From Candidatus Poribacteria bacterium (GTDB lineage: Bacteria; Poribacteria; WGA-4E; UBA9662), in NCBI GenBank assembly GCA_036339735.1, contig JAYZAL010000064.1, positions 1 to 64,000 of the forward strand: a stretch of 64,000 nt of DNA, read 5' to 3'. Both the position numbers and the translations under genes were made by a program. Shown in pieces: positions 9,541 to 21,655 of this stretch (its first letter is position 1; the number at the start of each line of letters is the position of its first letter). The notes under the pieces are model-generated. The model ran no database searches and had not been told where the DNA came from. It saw only the letters and a program-made list of their open reading frames with translations.

Positions 9541-10185
9541 ATGGATCCTGTACCGAAGATTACAGACCTTCAATTCCTACCAGAAGATCGATTACGTGTT
9601 GTGTTTGATGGAAAATTAGATGACCAAATTGTTCCTTCAGATTTTGTACTTATGCTTGGATTACAAGTCGGAACGAAAGTCTCCCCGAAAGTTTTAACAA
9701 AATTGGCCTTTGCCTCGTCGGTAATGGAGGCCAAGAAAGAAGGTCAATTAATTTGTCAAAATTCGGATAAAAATATTACTAGATCTTCGTTAAGAAAGAT
9801 GCTAGCGCAGAGAGGATACCTACCTGAAAGCGTTGATCAGGCTATCGCTGATTTAGAAAAGTCAGGTTATATTAAGGGCGCTGTATTTGCCCAGAAATGG
9901 GTTGATAGACGACAAAAATCCTCGCCTAGAAGTAAACGTTTAATCCAACATGAACTCAGATCCAAAGGTGTTGACAACCCAGATATTGAACAAGTCTTGT
10001 CTGAGTTCAGTGAAAACGAAGAAATAGAATCAGCTTGGCTTGTTTATCAAAAATATGCCAGAAGATATCAATCACTAGAACCTCATGTAGCTAGACGTAG
10101 ATTGCACGGCCTGCTAATGCGCCGTGGATTTAGTCATAGTACCATCCAGAGTGTTGAAGCCCGATTTGAAACTGAAGTATTTTGA
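9541..10185 (+). CDS. recX: Regulatory protein RecX
   Basis: L..LEKSGYI....FAQKWV, RSKRLIQHELRSKGV, L.RRGFS; upstream of alaS. Confidence 0.85.
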   Translation: MDPVPKITDLQFLPEDRLRVVFDGKLDDQIVPSDFVLMLGLQVGTKVSPKVLTKLAFASSVMEAKKEGQLICQNSDKNITRSSLRKMLAQRGYLPESVDQAIADLEKSGYIKGAVFAQKWVDRRQKSSPRSKRLIQHELRSKGVDNPDIEQVLSEFSENEEIESAWLVYQKYARRYQSLEPHVARRRLHGLLMRRGFSHSTIQSVEARFETEVF

Positions 10186-10262
10186 TGAGTATTTTAATTC
10201 GGTCCCTGGTTAGAAGAATGGTAATGTTGAGTTTCTCCCAACTAGACGTCAGAGAGTAACCT

Positions 10263-12908
10263 ATGAAATCCCACGAAGTCCGACAGAGTTTTCTTGATTT
10301 TTTTCAGCAGAAGGGACACACCATCGTCCCCAGTGCGTCATTGGTACCGGCAGATGACCCTAGTTTGCTTTTTACTAACGCGGGAATGAATCAGTTTAAA
10401 GATGTTTTCCTTGGCTTAGGCAATCGCCCATATTCACGAGCGACGGATACCCAAAAATGCATTAGGGTTAGTGGAAAACATAATGACTTAGAAGAAGTCG
10501 GATACGATCAACATCACCATACCTTTTTCGAAATGCTAGGGAATTGGTCTTTCGGTGATTATTATAAACGAGAAGCTATTCAGTTCGCCTGGGAATTGGT
10601 CACAAAAGTTTGGCAAATACCAAAAGAAAAAATTTGGATTTCTGTCTATTTGGATGATGATGAAGCGGCTGATTTGTGGGGAGAAGTTACTGATTTGCCT
10701 TCAGGTCGAGTACTCCGATTTGATGCCAAAGAGAATTTCTGGGAGATGGGTGAGACTGGGCCGTGTGGCCCCTGTTCTGAAATGTTCGTTGACTTAGGGC
10801 CTCAAGCTGACCCCAACTTTACTGGTGATCCTAAAGATGGCGTTAATGTCTCAGATCGATTTCGGGAATTTTGGAATCTAGTTTTTATCCAATATAACCG
10901 GGATGAAAATGGCGAATTGCATCCGCTGCCAGAAAAGCATGTTGATACTGGGATGGGCTTTGAGCGAATCGTTGCCATCATGCAGGGAGTCGATTCCAAT
11001 TATAAGACAGATGTCTTTAGACCATTACTCGAACATGTCTCTGATTATACTGATCAACCTTACTTTGATGATGAACGGGGTACGCCACATAGAGTAATTG
11101 CAGATCATATTCGTTGCCTGACTTTTGCCATTGGCGACGGCGTTTTACCTTCAAATGATGGACGTGGTTATGTTATTCGTAGAATTCTGCGGAGAGCTGT
11201 ACTTTACGGTAAGCGTTTAGGCATGAATGTTCCCTTTATTCATAACTTTGTTGATCCTGTAATTGAGCAATTAGGCACAGCATTTCCTGATGTTATACCT
11301 CGCCGATCACTAATTCAGAAAATTATTCATAGTGAAGAAGATCGATTTCACCAAACTCTGGACCGAGGTCTTGAATTGTTAAGTTCGTCAATTGATAAGC
11401 TTGTGTCCAATGGAGACTCGGTCCTAGATGGTGATCGTGCGTTCGAATTATATGATACTTTTGGTTTCCCTCTTGATTTAACTCAGATTTTGACTCGTGA
11501 AAACGGTATAGTCGTTGATGAACAGCGATTCAAAGATAAGATGGTAGAGCAACAAGAACGTAGCCGGTCGTCTTGGAAAGCAGCTGAAAAAAATCAGGAT
11601 AACCCCATTTTCAGCGAAATTCTAAAAGAACACGGCAGCACCGATTTTGTCGGATATAACACAGACGTCGTATCAGCTGAAATTGTAGCGATCATTCGGG
11701 GGCAAGAAATTGTGTCTGAGGCCACAGTTGGAGAGCAAGTTCAGCTAGTATTAGATCGAACGCCATTTTACGCTGAATCTGGAGGGCAAGTGGGTGATCA
11801 AGGTACTCTTGACGGAGAAGGTGTTACCCTCAGTGTTCTAGAGACGCATAGGTCAATTCCCAACTTGACAGTTCATATTGTTCAGATTGAAAAGGGCTCT
11901 ATTGTGCCAAAGATGACACTTAGAGCCAAAATAAATAAAGAACGACGTCAAGAAACAGCCGTTAGTCATACGAGTACTCATCTATTACATAGTGCTTTAC
12001 GAAACATATTAGGTGAGCATGTTGGACAATCGGGTTCGCTAGTTGAACCCGGGCGGTTACGGTTTGATTTTTCTCACTATGAAACAATCTCTAAAGAGCA
12101 ACTAAGACAGATTGAGACTTTTGTTAATGATTGTATCCGACAGAATGATCCAGTCGAAACGAAGACATTACCACTAGAGGATGCTAAAGAACAAGGAGCC
12201 CTAGCTTTTTTTGGTGATAAATATGGTGATGTTGTACGGATGGTACGAACTGGAGATTATAGTATTGAGTTGTGTGGTGGTACACACCTCAATACCACTG
12301 GTCAAGCGGGTTTTTTCAAAATAATCAACGAAAGTAGTATTGCTGCGGGCACACGTAGAATTGAAGCCAAAACTGGCGCATCGGCTATACAGCACCAACT
12401 ATTAGAGACCGAAACACTACAAGAAATATCTAATCTACTAAAGACGCAGCCTAGTAAAACTTCCGACCGATTAACAAAGTTATTACAAGATAATCGAAGG
12501 CTTGAACGGGAATTAACTAGCCTCAAAAAACAACTTTCTTCTGCTCAAAACTCTGACTTAATCAACCGTGCAGTTGATGTTAAAGGTGTTAGTGTCGTAG
12601 CGGAATTTGTTGAAAAATTAGACCGTACGGAATTGCGAAATGTGACCGATGACCTAAGAAATCGGTTGGAGTCTGGAATTATGGTCTTGGGTTCAGGAAA
12701 AACGGATAATGTTTCTTTGATTGTTGCTGTCACCACTGACTTGGTTGGTAAAGTCCAAGCCAGTGATATTATGAAGCTTGTTGCCAATTTTGCTGGTGGT
12801 CGTGGTGGAGGGAAACCGGAACTCGCGCAAGGCGGTGCAAGTGATCCCAAAAAAGCCAAGCAAGCTATTAGTAAAGCACCTGAAATAATCACTAGTTTGC
12901 TCACTTAA
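10263..12908 (+). CDS. alaS: Alanine--tRNA ligase
   Basis: LLFTNAGMNQFK, HHTFFEMLGNWSFGDYYK, HTSTHLLHSAL, ELCGGTH, GGRGGGKPELAQGG. Confidence 0.99.
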   Translation: MKSHEVRQSFLDFFQQKGHTIVPSASLVPADDPSLLFTNAGMNQFKDVFLGLGNRPYSRATDTQKCIRVSGKHNDLEEVGYDQHHHTFFEMLGNWSFGDYYKREAIQFAWELVTKVWQIPKEKIWISVYLDDDEAADLWGEVTDLPSGRVLRFDAKENFWEMGETGPCGPCSEMFVDLGPQADPNFTGDPKDGVNVSDRFREFWNLVFIQYNRDENGELHPLPEKHVDTGMGFERIVAIMQGVDSNYKTDVFRPLLEHVSDYTDQPYFDDERGTPHRVIADHIRCLTFAIGDGVLPSNDGRGYVIRRILRRAVLYGKRLGMNVPFIHNFVDPVIEQLGTAFPDVIPRRSLIQKIIHSEEDRFHQTLDRGLELLSSSIDKLVSNGDSVLDGDRAFELYDTFGFPLDLTQILTRENGIVVDEQRFKDKMVEQQERSRSSWKAAEKNQDNPIFSEILKEHGSTDFVGYNTDVVSAEIVAIIRGQEIVSEATVGEQVQLVLDRTPFYAESGGQVGDQGTLDGEGVTLSVLETHRSIPNLTVHIVQIEKGSIVPKMTLRAKINKERRQETAVSHTSTHLLHSALRNILGEHVGQSGSLVEPGRLRFDFSHYETISKEQLRQIETFVNDCIRQNDPVETKTLPLEDAKEQGALAFFGDKYGDVVRMVRTGDYSIELCGGTHLNTTGQAGFFKIINESSIAAGTRRIEAKTGASAIQHQLLETETLQEISNLLKTQPSKTSDRLTKLLQDNRRLERELTSLKKQLSSAQNSDLINRAVDVKGVSVVAEFVEKLDRTELRNVTDDLRNRLESGIMVLGSGKTDNVSLIVAVTTDLVGKVQASDIMKLVANFAGGRGGGKPELAQGGASDPKKAKQAISKAPEIITSLLT

Positions 12909-12951
12909 TTCTATATAGAGCCACAAATAAGTACGGATAGATAGAGGATAG

Positions 12952-13437
12952 TTGACTATGAAAGCGGAGTTACTATGGCAAGTCCCCTTAGCTATTTCTT
13001 TGCTTAGCTTAGCGTGGTTTCTGCTTTCTTTGGCCTTCCGGTTGGGAAAAACACTGAAATCGGTGGAGGCTGTTCTGGATGGAGAAGTCCTAACACTCTT
13101 AAAGCAACTAAATCAAACAATAGGAAGTCTCGATCGGGATTTACCCGAGCTACTGGAAAGTCTTAATGGGTTAATGGTAACTTTGGAAAAGATCAGTGCT
13201 CAAGAAATACAACCAACTTTGCACTCTTTGCAAGAAATAACCGAATTAGTTAACCAAAGAGTCTCTGAAATTGATTTGTTCATTATGGAAGTTAACAAAT
13301 TTTCTAAGGAAACCGTTACTCGAGCGGAGTACTACAGAGATCAGTTATCAGTTCCGATCACAGATATTCTGAGTTTGTGGAGCGGTGTCCGAGCCGGAAT
13401 AGAAAATTTACTTCATTTAATCAAGCAAAAAAAATGA
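12952..13437 (+). CDS. DUF948/YoxC-like membrane-anchored coiled-coil protein
   Basis: N-terminal TM helix then amphipathic heptads; paired with a YtxH-like gene. Confidence 0.6.
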   Translation: MTMKAELLWQVPLAISLLSLAWFLLSLAFRLGKTLKSVEAVLDGEVLTLLKQLNQTIGSLDRDLPELLESLNGLMVTLEKISAQEIQPTLHSLQEITELVNQRVSEIDLFIMEVNKFSKETVTRAEYYRDQLSVPITDILSLWSGVRAGIENLLHLIKQKK

Positions 13438-13500
13438 GTGATTATCTACTTATATGTAACTATAAATATCTTTTCGATGTAAAAGGAAAGGAGAAGAATT

Positions 13501-13881
13501 ATGAGTAATGACAGTAATAATGGCGTTTTAGCTGTTATTTTAGCCTTTTTTACTGGTGGATTGATCGGCTCAGCCTTGGCTGTTTTGTTGACCCCTTTCT
13601 CAGGTCGAGAAACAAGAGAGCGTATTGTAGAATCAACAATTGATACCAGAGAGAAAACAGTCGAAATAGCTGGACAAGTTGGTGAAATAGTATCCCAATC
13701 GATTTCGGCTGGAACAAAAGCCTTTCATGATAAAAGAGAACATATTAAGGCAACTGACACTGCCGAAGAAAACTCAAGAGACCCCATAGAAGAAACAGTA
13801 ATTACAGATTTAGAAAGTGAAGGCCAGGAAGAGGTTAACCTAGAAGTATTGGAACCTTTTGCTGAAAAAACTACTGGATAA
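13501..13881 (+). CDS. YtxH-domain protein
   Basis: F..GGLIGSALAVLLTPFSGRETRERI signature. Confidence 0.85.
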   Translation: MSNDSNNGVLAVILAFFTGGLIGSALAVLLTPFSGRETRERIVESTIDTREKTVEIAGQVGEIVSQSISAGTKAFHDKREHIKATDTAEENSRDPIEETVITDLESEGQEEVNLEVLEPFAEKTTG

Positions 13882-13906
13882 AAGGTTTGACATTAATTGA
13901 TTACGG

Positions 13907-13939
13907 GAGTCAGAGACCAGCTCTTTGGCTCTTTTTTTT
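13907..13939 (+). terminator. Probable intrinsic terminator
   Basis: Imperfect GAGTCAGAG..CTCTTTGGCTC stem followed by T8. Confidence 0.5.
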
Positions 13940-13974
13940 GCCATATTTTTAACAATAGATCATGATTATCTCAT

Positions 13975-14754
13975 ATGAACATAGATAAACTGACAACACT
14001 TCTAAACCAAGTTCAACAAAATCAAATTACCATCGATCAGGCAATATCTTCGTTGAGACAGTTACCATTTGAAGACCTTGGTTTTTCAAAGATTGATTAT
14101 CATCGACAGCTAAGACAAGGATTCCCGGAAGTCATTTTTTGTGAAGGCAAGACCATTGAACAAGTAGTGAAAATAGCTGAACGCCTAGTAGATGTGGGTC
14201 AGCCTTTATTCGCTACTCGTGCAACAGTTGAGATGTACCAAGCTGTTCTTTCTATTGCTCCGAAAGCTATTTTCAACCAGGCTGGTAGAACCATTAGTTT
14301 ACCTGCTGAAAAACTAATACAACAAACCGGGATTTTAGTCGTCTCTGCCGGAACCTCTGACATTCCAGTAGCAGAAGAAGCGGTTGAAACCGCGAGTATC
14401 ATGGGAAATCAAGTCGATCGACTGTATGATGTTGGGGTAGCCGGTCTCCACCGTCTATTGAGCAACTATGAACAGTTGGCTGATGCTAATGTTCTAGTAG
14501 TAGTCGCTGGGATGGAAGGTGCATTAGCGAGCGTCGTTGGAGGGTTAGTTGATAAACCTGTAATCGCGGTACCTACTAGTATTGGGTATGGTGCTAGCTT
14601 TAATGGACTAGCGGCTTTACTCACTATGCTAAATAGTTGTGCCTCTGGTGTGAGTGTAGTAAACATCGACAACGGGTTTGGTGCCGGTTACAACGCGGCT
14701 TTAATCAACCGTCAAATCCATCAGCGAGTTACTAATGATGAAAACAATTATTGA
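13975..14754 (+). CDS. larB: Nickel pincer cofactor biosynthesis protein LarB (PurE-like)
   Basis: [67 protein letters not shown]. Confidence 0.95.
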   Translation: MNIDKLTTLLNQVQQNQITIDQAISSLRQLPFEDLGFSKIDYHRQLRQGFPEVIFCEGKTIEQVVKIAERLVDVGQPLFATRATVEMYQAVLSIAPKAIFNQAGRTISLPAEKLIQQTGILVVSAGTSDIPVAEEAVETASIMGNQVDRLYDVGVAGLHRLLSNYEQLADANVLVVVAGMEGALASVVGGLVDKPVIAVPTSIGYGASFNGLAALLTMLNSCASGVSVVNIDNGFGAGYNAALINRQIHQRVTNDENNY

Positions 14755-15688
14755 TACTGACCCAGGTATCGATGATGCATTGGCAATTATCTATGCACTT
14801 AGCCATGAAGACTTATCGGTTCATTCTATTACTACAGTTGCCGGTAACGTAGATGTTAACAGAGCGAGCCAAAACAGTCAGATAATTCTACATCAACTAG
14901 GTTTAACATTGCCTATATCAGTAGGGCAGAGTCAACCCATCTGTTACGAACTTCAGACTGCAACGCACTTTCATGGCCAGGATGGGCTTGGCAATACTAC
15001 ATCGGAACTTGATTTTACTGCTGGCACTGAATACGGACTTTCCTCTGCTGCCGAATCTATTCTTAGCTTAGTCCGTGATTCCTCGGATTCAGGTGTTCGT
15101 TTGATTTGCCTTGGTCCACTAACTAACGTTGCTCAAGCCATTCTAGCGAATCCTAAACTGATGAAACAAATTGACCAAATTGTATTGATGGGTGGGGCCT
15201 TCGAGTGTTACGGTAACGTTACTCCGGCCGCTGAATTCAACATTTACGTTGACCCACACGCAGCAGAAATTGTTTTTTCTTCCGGAATCCAAACCACCGT
15301 TCTACCATTGGATGTAACCCGACAGGTTGAAATTAGCGCAAACCAACTGGAAAAGTTAGCATCGAAAAGTAGTGTGCCATGGAAGAAATTCGTCCGCTCT
15401 ATAACTCATCATTCCATGAACGTACGCCAACTGAAAACTGGAAACCGAAGATTATATCTGCACGATCCCTTGGTAGTGGGTTACGTCTTATACCCGGATT
15501 TATTCAAAACTATCGAAGCCGACGTCCGCGTTGAAACAGGGTCAAGCTTGACAAGGGGAATGACCGTAGCCGACCTGCGCCAGCCATCCGATAACTCTAA
15601 TGTTCGAGTGTGTGTTAAGGTTAAGTCTCAGTCGTTCCTCAACGATTTCTTCTCTACTGTCTTCGGCCTTCCTCGAGGTGATTTTTGA
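14735..15688 (+). CDS. Nucleoside hydrolase (IU-NH family)
   Basis: [42 protein letters not shown]. Confidence 0.95.
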   Translation: MMKTIIDTDPGIDDALAIIYALSHEDLSVHSITTVAGNVDVNRASQNSQIILHQLGLTLPISVGQSQPICYELQTATHFHGQDGLGNTTSELDFTAGTEYGLSSAAESILSLVRDSSDSGVRLICLGPLTNVAQAILANPKLMKQIDQIVLMGGAFECYGNVTPAAEFNIYVDPHAAEIVFSSGIQTTVLPLDVTRQVEISANQLEKLASKSSVPWKKFVRSITHHSMNVRQLKTGNRRLYLHDPLVVGYVLYPDLFKTIEADVRVETGSSLTRGMTVADLRQPSDNSNVRVCVKVKSQSFLNDFFSTVFGLPRGDF

Positions 15689-15954
15689 ACGAACCGATAC
15701 ACTCTCTCATTTGGTTTTATATAACCAATTTTTCGTACTAGTGCTTCTTGAGTTAGTAAATCTGATTCAAGACGATTTAGCTGATCCTTTAAACTATTTC
15801 TTTGCTGTTTGAGTTGTTTTAATCTTTCTCTTTGCAAAGATTGATAGACAGTTGCCTGTCTCCATTTTAGAAAATTCCCGACGGTATGAAATAAGCTTGT
15901 CGCCAGGAGTATTAGTAAGAAGGAAAACAAAGAGACTTTCAAAAAACGAAACAC
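15628..15954 (-). CDS. Septum formation initiator (FtsB/DivIC family)
   Basis: TM helix, coiled coil, E.LVRKIGYIKPNERVY; follows eno as in the common eno-ftsB order. Confidence 0.75.
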   Translation of the reverse strand: MFRFLKVSLFSFLLILLATSLFHTVGNFLKWRQATVYQSLQRERLKQLKQQRNSLKDQLNRLESDLLTQEALVRKIGYIKPNERVYRFVQKSPRGRPKTVEKKSLRND

Positions 15955-16086
15955 GTAATTTTCAATTTTGGGTCGCTAGGTGTATTTATCCGGTAAGCAA
16001 GTTGCTGAACCAGAAATAAACAACGTCATAACTCCAAGCTTGGTTACGCTCGCTTTTTGGGTTAATCGACTAGAATTGGTATTGTT

Positions 16087-17394
<1,308 letters not shown>

Positions 17395-17404
17395 TCATAT
17401 GTAG

Positions 17405-18199
17405 TTAAAAAATCTCCCACAGATCAGGATTATCAGTTAGAATCTCTGGTCCATCTGAGAGAATTGCGACTGTGTGTTCGAAATGAGCTGACAAGCTTAA
17501 GTCTGAGGTCGCAGCAGTCCATCCATCGTCCAAGGTAACTGATTGACTCGTACCAATGTTAACCATTGGCTCAATAGCTAATACCATACCTGGTTTTAAC
17601 CTGGGGCCAGTACCGGGCACTCCCACATTTGGTACCTGAGGTGGCTCGTGCATCTTTTTTCCAATACCGTGGCCCACAAAGTTATCTGCCACGTAAAAAC
17701 CATGGGTTTCGACATGAGACTGAACAGCATGACATACATCTCCTAACCGATTTCCGGGTTTGGCTTGTTCAATAGCTTTATAGAGTGATTCTTTGGTCAC
17801 GCTCAGTAATTTTTGAGCTTCTGATGAGATCTGGCCAACCTTAAAAGTAAAGGCATTATCGCCATGAAAACCATCTAGGAAAATTGCAGTATCAATACTG
17901 GCGATTTGACCTTCCTGCAAAATTTGATCTTCTGTTGGGATACCATGAACAATGACTTCATTAATGGATGAACAGATAGTTGCAGGGTAAGGTGGATGGT
18001 TAGGTAACTGGTACCCTAAAAATGAAGACTCTCCACCTAGTTCCTCAATAGTTTGATGACAAATCTGATCCAATTCTGCTGTCGATATACCGGGTCTGAC
18101 AGCTTCTCCTACCCGTTGTAACATGATTGATGCCGAACGTCCACTTCGTCTCATTTTTTCGATATCTCTTTTTGATTTAAGCCGGATTCGGTTTCGCAT
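17405..18199 (-). CDS. map: Methionine aminopeptidase type I
   Basis: SINEVIVHGIP, GFHGD, GHGIG..MHEPP, AIEPMVN, SAHFEHT. Confidence 0.97.
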   Translation of the reverse strand: MRNRIRLKSKRDIEKMRRSGRSASIMLQRVGEAVRPGISTAELDQICHQTIEELGGESSFLGYQLPNHPPYPATICSSINEVIVHGIPTEDQILQEGQIASIDTAIFLDGFHGDNAFTFKVGQISSEAQKLLSVTKESLYKAIEQAKPGNRLGDVCHAVQSHVETHGFYVADNFVGHGIGKKMHEPPQVPNVGVPGTGPRLKPGMVLAIEPMVNIGTSQSVTLDDGWTAATSDLSLSAHFEHTVAILSDGPEILTDNPDLWEIF

Positions 18200-18291
18200 A
18201 TCAATTCTTAATTGACTATCCTATTAAATATTAAGGAGGAGAGTGAGGCAGGAGAAAATCTCAAAATTTGGTTTATTAATCGCTAATGTAA

Positions 18292-19695
18292 TCACTGATT
18301 AACGGAGACGATGTCACCAATCAGAGTCTGGGCTGTGGCTGTATGTATTTTTACTTCTACAGTTTCTCCGACTCTAGTGTTTCTTCGAGGGAAAACCGTA
18401 GTTTTGAAACTTTTTGTTTTGCCAAAAAAATCTTCTGAGGATTTTTTCGATTCACCTTCAATCATTACTTCAACGACTTTACCTATGTAGGTCTGGTTAA
18501 TCTGTCTGGAGATTTTGTATTGTTGATCTATAATTAACTGAAGTCGTTCCACTTTTACTTTTTCTGCGACATCATCAATCAATGATCTATGTGCTCGAGT
18601 GCCATCACGATCGGAATATTTGAACATAAAAGCAGAATCATAACGAATCTCAGCCATCATATCGTAGGTCTTTTGGAAGTCGGCTTCTGTTTCACCACAG
18701 AAACCTACAATAATATCAGTACTAATAGCTAAATTTGGCATAAGTTTACGCATCCGATTAACTAATGAGCGGTATTCGTCAGCAGTATAGGTACGCTTCA
18801 TAGTTCGGAGTATGCGAGTAGAACCTGACTGTAATGGCAAATGAATTTGTTGACAGACTTTTTCACAACTGGCCATGGCTGAAATCATGGGTTCTGAAGC
18901 ATCACTAGGATGAGGTGAAGTAAACCGAATACGTTCTAACCCATCGATTTCATTAAGGGAAATCAGGAGATCTCCAAAATCATTCTGTCCATCGTGATAT
19001 GAATTGACAGTTTGTCCTAGCAAAACGACTTCTTTGAATCCTTCATGAACTAACTGGTAACATTCATCCACAAGTTTTGATAAAGCAATGCTTCTCTCTC
19101 TTCCACGTGTGAATGGTACAACGCAAAAGGTACACATCTTGTCGCAACCTCGCTGAATGGTCAACCATGCTCGGACTCCGTCCTTTCGGATAGGCGAGAG
19201 ATCCGCATAGTCTTCCGATTTATCTAGCTTGAGACCAACGAATGGATCTTTAGAGCGAACCGTTTGAATAGCTTGTGGAAGGCTGCGGTAAGCATCTGGC
19301 CCTAAGATAATATCAACGAATGGTGCAGCATCGATGATTTGTTGGCGAAGGTGCTGCGCCATGCAACCACAAACTCCTAGAACAATATCCGGCTTACGTC
19401 GTTTTAGGCTGTTAAGATGTTTAAGTCGATGAAAAACTTTTTCTTCTGCGTTCTCCCGAATAGCACAAGTGTTGATTAAAATGACGTCTGCAGTTTCGGC
19501 ATTGTTGACCATCTGGTAACCAATATTGGACAAGATACCTGCCATCAGCTCACTATCACTGATGTTCATTTGACAACCGTAAGTCTCGATATAAGCCGTG
19601 GCGGTCATTTGGGAGTATGATGGCGCAACCAAGAAAGTTGGGTCAGAATAGTTCTGTTTATTAGTGTAGAGAGGAAGTTGCTTTTTCATTAGCAC
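18292..19695 (-). CDS. miaB: tRNA-i6A37 methylthiotransferase MiaB (start may be ATG 19689)
   Basis: TYGCQMN.SDSE, NTCAIRENAE, GCDKMCTFCVVPFTRGRERS, C-terminal TRAM domain. Confidence 0.97.
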   Translation of the reverse strand: MLMKKQLPLYTNKQNYSDPTFLVAPSYSQMTATAYIETYGCQMNISDSELMAGILSNIGYQMVNNAETADVILINTCAIRENAEEKVFHRLKHLNSLKRRKPDIVLGVCGCMAQHLRQQIIDAAPFVDIILGPDAYRSLPQAIQTVRSKDPFVGLKLDKSEDYADLSPIRKDGVRAWLTIQRGCDKMCTFCVVPFTRGRERSIALSKLVDECYQLVHEGFKEVVLLGQTVNSYHDGQNDFGDLLISLNEIDGLERIRFTSPHPSDASEPMISAMASCEKVCQQIHLPLQSGSTRILRTMKRTYTADEYRSLVNRMRKLMPNLAISTDIIVGFCGETEADFQKTYDMMAEIRYDSAFMFKYSDRDGTRAHRSLIDDVAEKVKVERLQLIIDQQYKISRQINQTYIGKVVEVMIEGESKKSSEDFFGKTKSFKTTVFPRRNTRVGETVEVKIHTATAQTLIGDIVSVNQ

Positions 19696-19740
19696 CTTGA
19701 GTCTTTATAGGTAATTAATAAGACTGAACCAAACACTTGT

Positions 19741-19821
19741 ATTATACTTCAGAGCTGAAATTATCTGCAAGCTGATGCTGACCAATGTGGATTTGTATGG
19801 CTTTTCAGCCTATGATATAAT
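19741..19821. promoter_or_regulatory. Divergent sigma70 promoter pair (miaB / PhyH gene)
   Basis: Minus: TTGCAG-18-TATAAT (19770-19741). Plus: TTGTAT-17-TATAAT with extended TG (19793-19821). Confidence 0.65.
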
Positions 19822-19842
19822 TCATTGCTGCGAAGGTTACTG

Positions 19843-20595
19843 ATGACGTCTAAATTGGCTCAAGAAGTTTTCGATCAGGGATACTGCGTATTAGAAGGTT
19901 TTTTCGACAAAAGTAGCAGAGAGCAAATTATATCAATCTTGCATCAAGTTTGGCTAAATGCTAATCGACCCAGCATGGGTGGCCGGTTTGGTTATGTATT
20001 ACATCCAGTTCTAAAATTTGCTCCCGACCTAGCTCCCTTCTACGCTCAATCAGAGATAGTAAAACTGATGGCCGAAATTTTACAAGACGAAGTGCGTCTT
20101 GCTCACAGTGGAGCTATATTGTGCGATGAAAGCCGAAATTTCTGCGATTGGCATTGCCACTTGAACGGCAGCAAATTCAATCAATGGCACCCCAAAAAAA
20201 ATACTGATCAAAGGATAGATCGGTTGCTGTGTAATGTTTACCTACACGGTTCTACGTCAGAAACAGGAGAACTATTAGTCTACCCTCGCAAGACCACGGA
20301 TTCTTGGCAAATCCCTTTCGAAAACTTACTATCAGAATGGGAGGGCCAATCGGTAGTGACCTGCCCTCCAGGATCTGCGGTAATTTTTGATACTGCTCTA
20401 TTACATGCGGCTCGCCAGCCAACCCAAGCGGGTCTACGCTACATTTGGGGAGGGCACTACCAAGGTCGAAACAACCTAACCCCACATCGGGAAGACAATT
20501 GGTATGAAAGCAACCAAATTGAGCAGTACAGGCAAGAATACCCATTATTTGGGAGATTGACTGATCCAAAATATAAACCGATTACCATTCGATAG
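19843..20595 (+). CDS. PhyH-family protein with atypical H-C-H metal motif
   Basis: FDQGYCVLEG, WHCH, PPGSAVIFDTALLHAA..P, R; ATG 19843 chosen because it lies downstream of the -10 box and has an AAGG RBS. Confidence 0.75.
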   Translation: MTSKLAQEVFDQGYCVLEGFFDKSSREQIISILHQVWLNANRPSMGGRFGYVLHPVLKFAPDLAPFYAQSEIVKLMAEILQDEVRLAHSGAILCDESRNFCDWHCHLNGSKFNQWHPKKNTDQRIDRLLCNVYLHGSTSETGELLVYPRKTTDSWQIPFENLLSEWEGQSVVTCPPGSAVIFDTALLHAARQPTQAGLRYIWGGHYQGRNNLTPHREDNWYESNQIEQYRQEYPLFGRLTDPKYKPITIR

Positions 20596-20696
20596 CATAG
20601 TATGGTGCCAAAAACTATAATATGTTATATCCCTTTAGCAAAAAACACAAAATACAAAACCTTATTTCATCCCTAGATAAGTGTTAGGCAAATGAT

Positions 20697-21131
20697 ATGG
20701 CTCGTCGAAATCTTCAAATCCCAAAAACTGTAAAGTGGATCGATAGTAGTTCACTAAAACAAAAAATTAATTACCAGGTATCAATTGATCGAAATGGAAT
20801 CGTCCATTTTTCTCGTAGTTTTAACAACTTGATTGGCGATTTATCAGAGGTACGTGTTGGTTACGATCGAACAAAAGAAGATCTATACATCTTATTTGTT
20901 GCTGATGGGGGGGATGCGCAGATTCGTCAAAATGGGAAGCATAAACTAGTTTTGTATCGAAAGGCCTTAAGTTGTTTAGACTTAATGCCAGATCCCAAAA
21001 AAGGTCGTGAGTTGCTTTTTACTGAAGAAAATGGTCTTGAAGTTGATGAAGATCAGAAACTAGTTCGTCTTAGCTATGAACAAGCTACTTATCGTCAACT
21101 TAGAAGAAAAAAAATGCCCGAGTATTTATAA
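20697..21131 (+). CDS. Hypothetical basic protein, possibly AbrB/MraZ-like
   Basis: 144-aa ORF; VSIDRNGIVHFS...VRVGYD...LYI pattern. Confidence 0.6.
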   Translation: MARRNLQIPKTVKWIDSSSLKQKINYQVSIDRNGIVHFSRSFNNLIGDLSEVRVGYDRTKEDLYILFVADGGDAQIRQNGKHKLVLYRKALSCLDLMPDPKKGRELLFTEENGLEVDEDQKLVRLSYEQATYRQLRRKKMPEYL

Positions 21132-21655
21132 TCAAATACTCATGGGATTTGGGTGGGTATTGAATAGATCGCGAACTTTTAAAAATTGCACACACAAAAG
21201 TGTTAATCAGGCTTAAAAGACAAGAAATTGGCCTAAGTAGAGATAGTTTACCAACAAAACTACCCTGAAAATTTCACATCGCTTCGGTTAGGATGACCGA
21301 AGCGCGTCGTTGCCGGATTTTCATGTTGATAATCTATTCTATACAAAGGCCTTGTGCATCTATTTTCTCCATTATCGTTTTTGTTCCGTTCTGTCACGGG
21401 AAGAAGGAATTTCGTCTAGAATTGGCAATACTTGATTTTTCTTTCGTAAGAATTCATATCCTCATTGGATGGTATTATATTGAAATAGTTGACATTTCTG
21501 GTTTGCCTCTACTAGTAAACTCGGCTATAGTATTACCCATATCTTATATGAATTATTAGCTGGTTACGTTGCCTCAGAAGATATTTAACAATAGAATTGT
21601 AGCGTCGCTTGGCTAAACTAAGTTTCAATTATCACAGACAAAGAGAGAAAATTGG

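Noticed and set aside
15628-15688. 61-bp tail-to-tail overlap of the nucleoside hydrolase and ftsB-like genes
   Set aside because: Short convergent overlaps are common; nothing indicates regulation
21280-21340. SAM-I riboswitch-like ATGAAAATCCGGCAAC on the minus strand
   Set aside because: Lacks the P1 TTATC..GAG and kink-turn GGAGGGA elements, and no downstream gene is in that orientation
21293-21559. 88-aa hydrophobic ORF
   Set aside because: Starts inside a hairpin, has no recognizable motif, and its composition is explained by T-rich intergenic DNA
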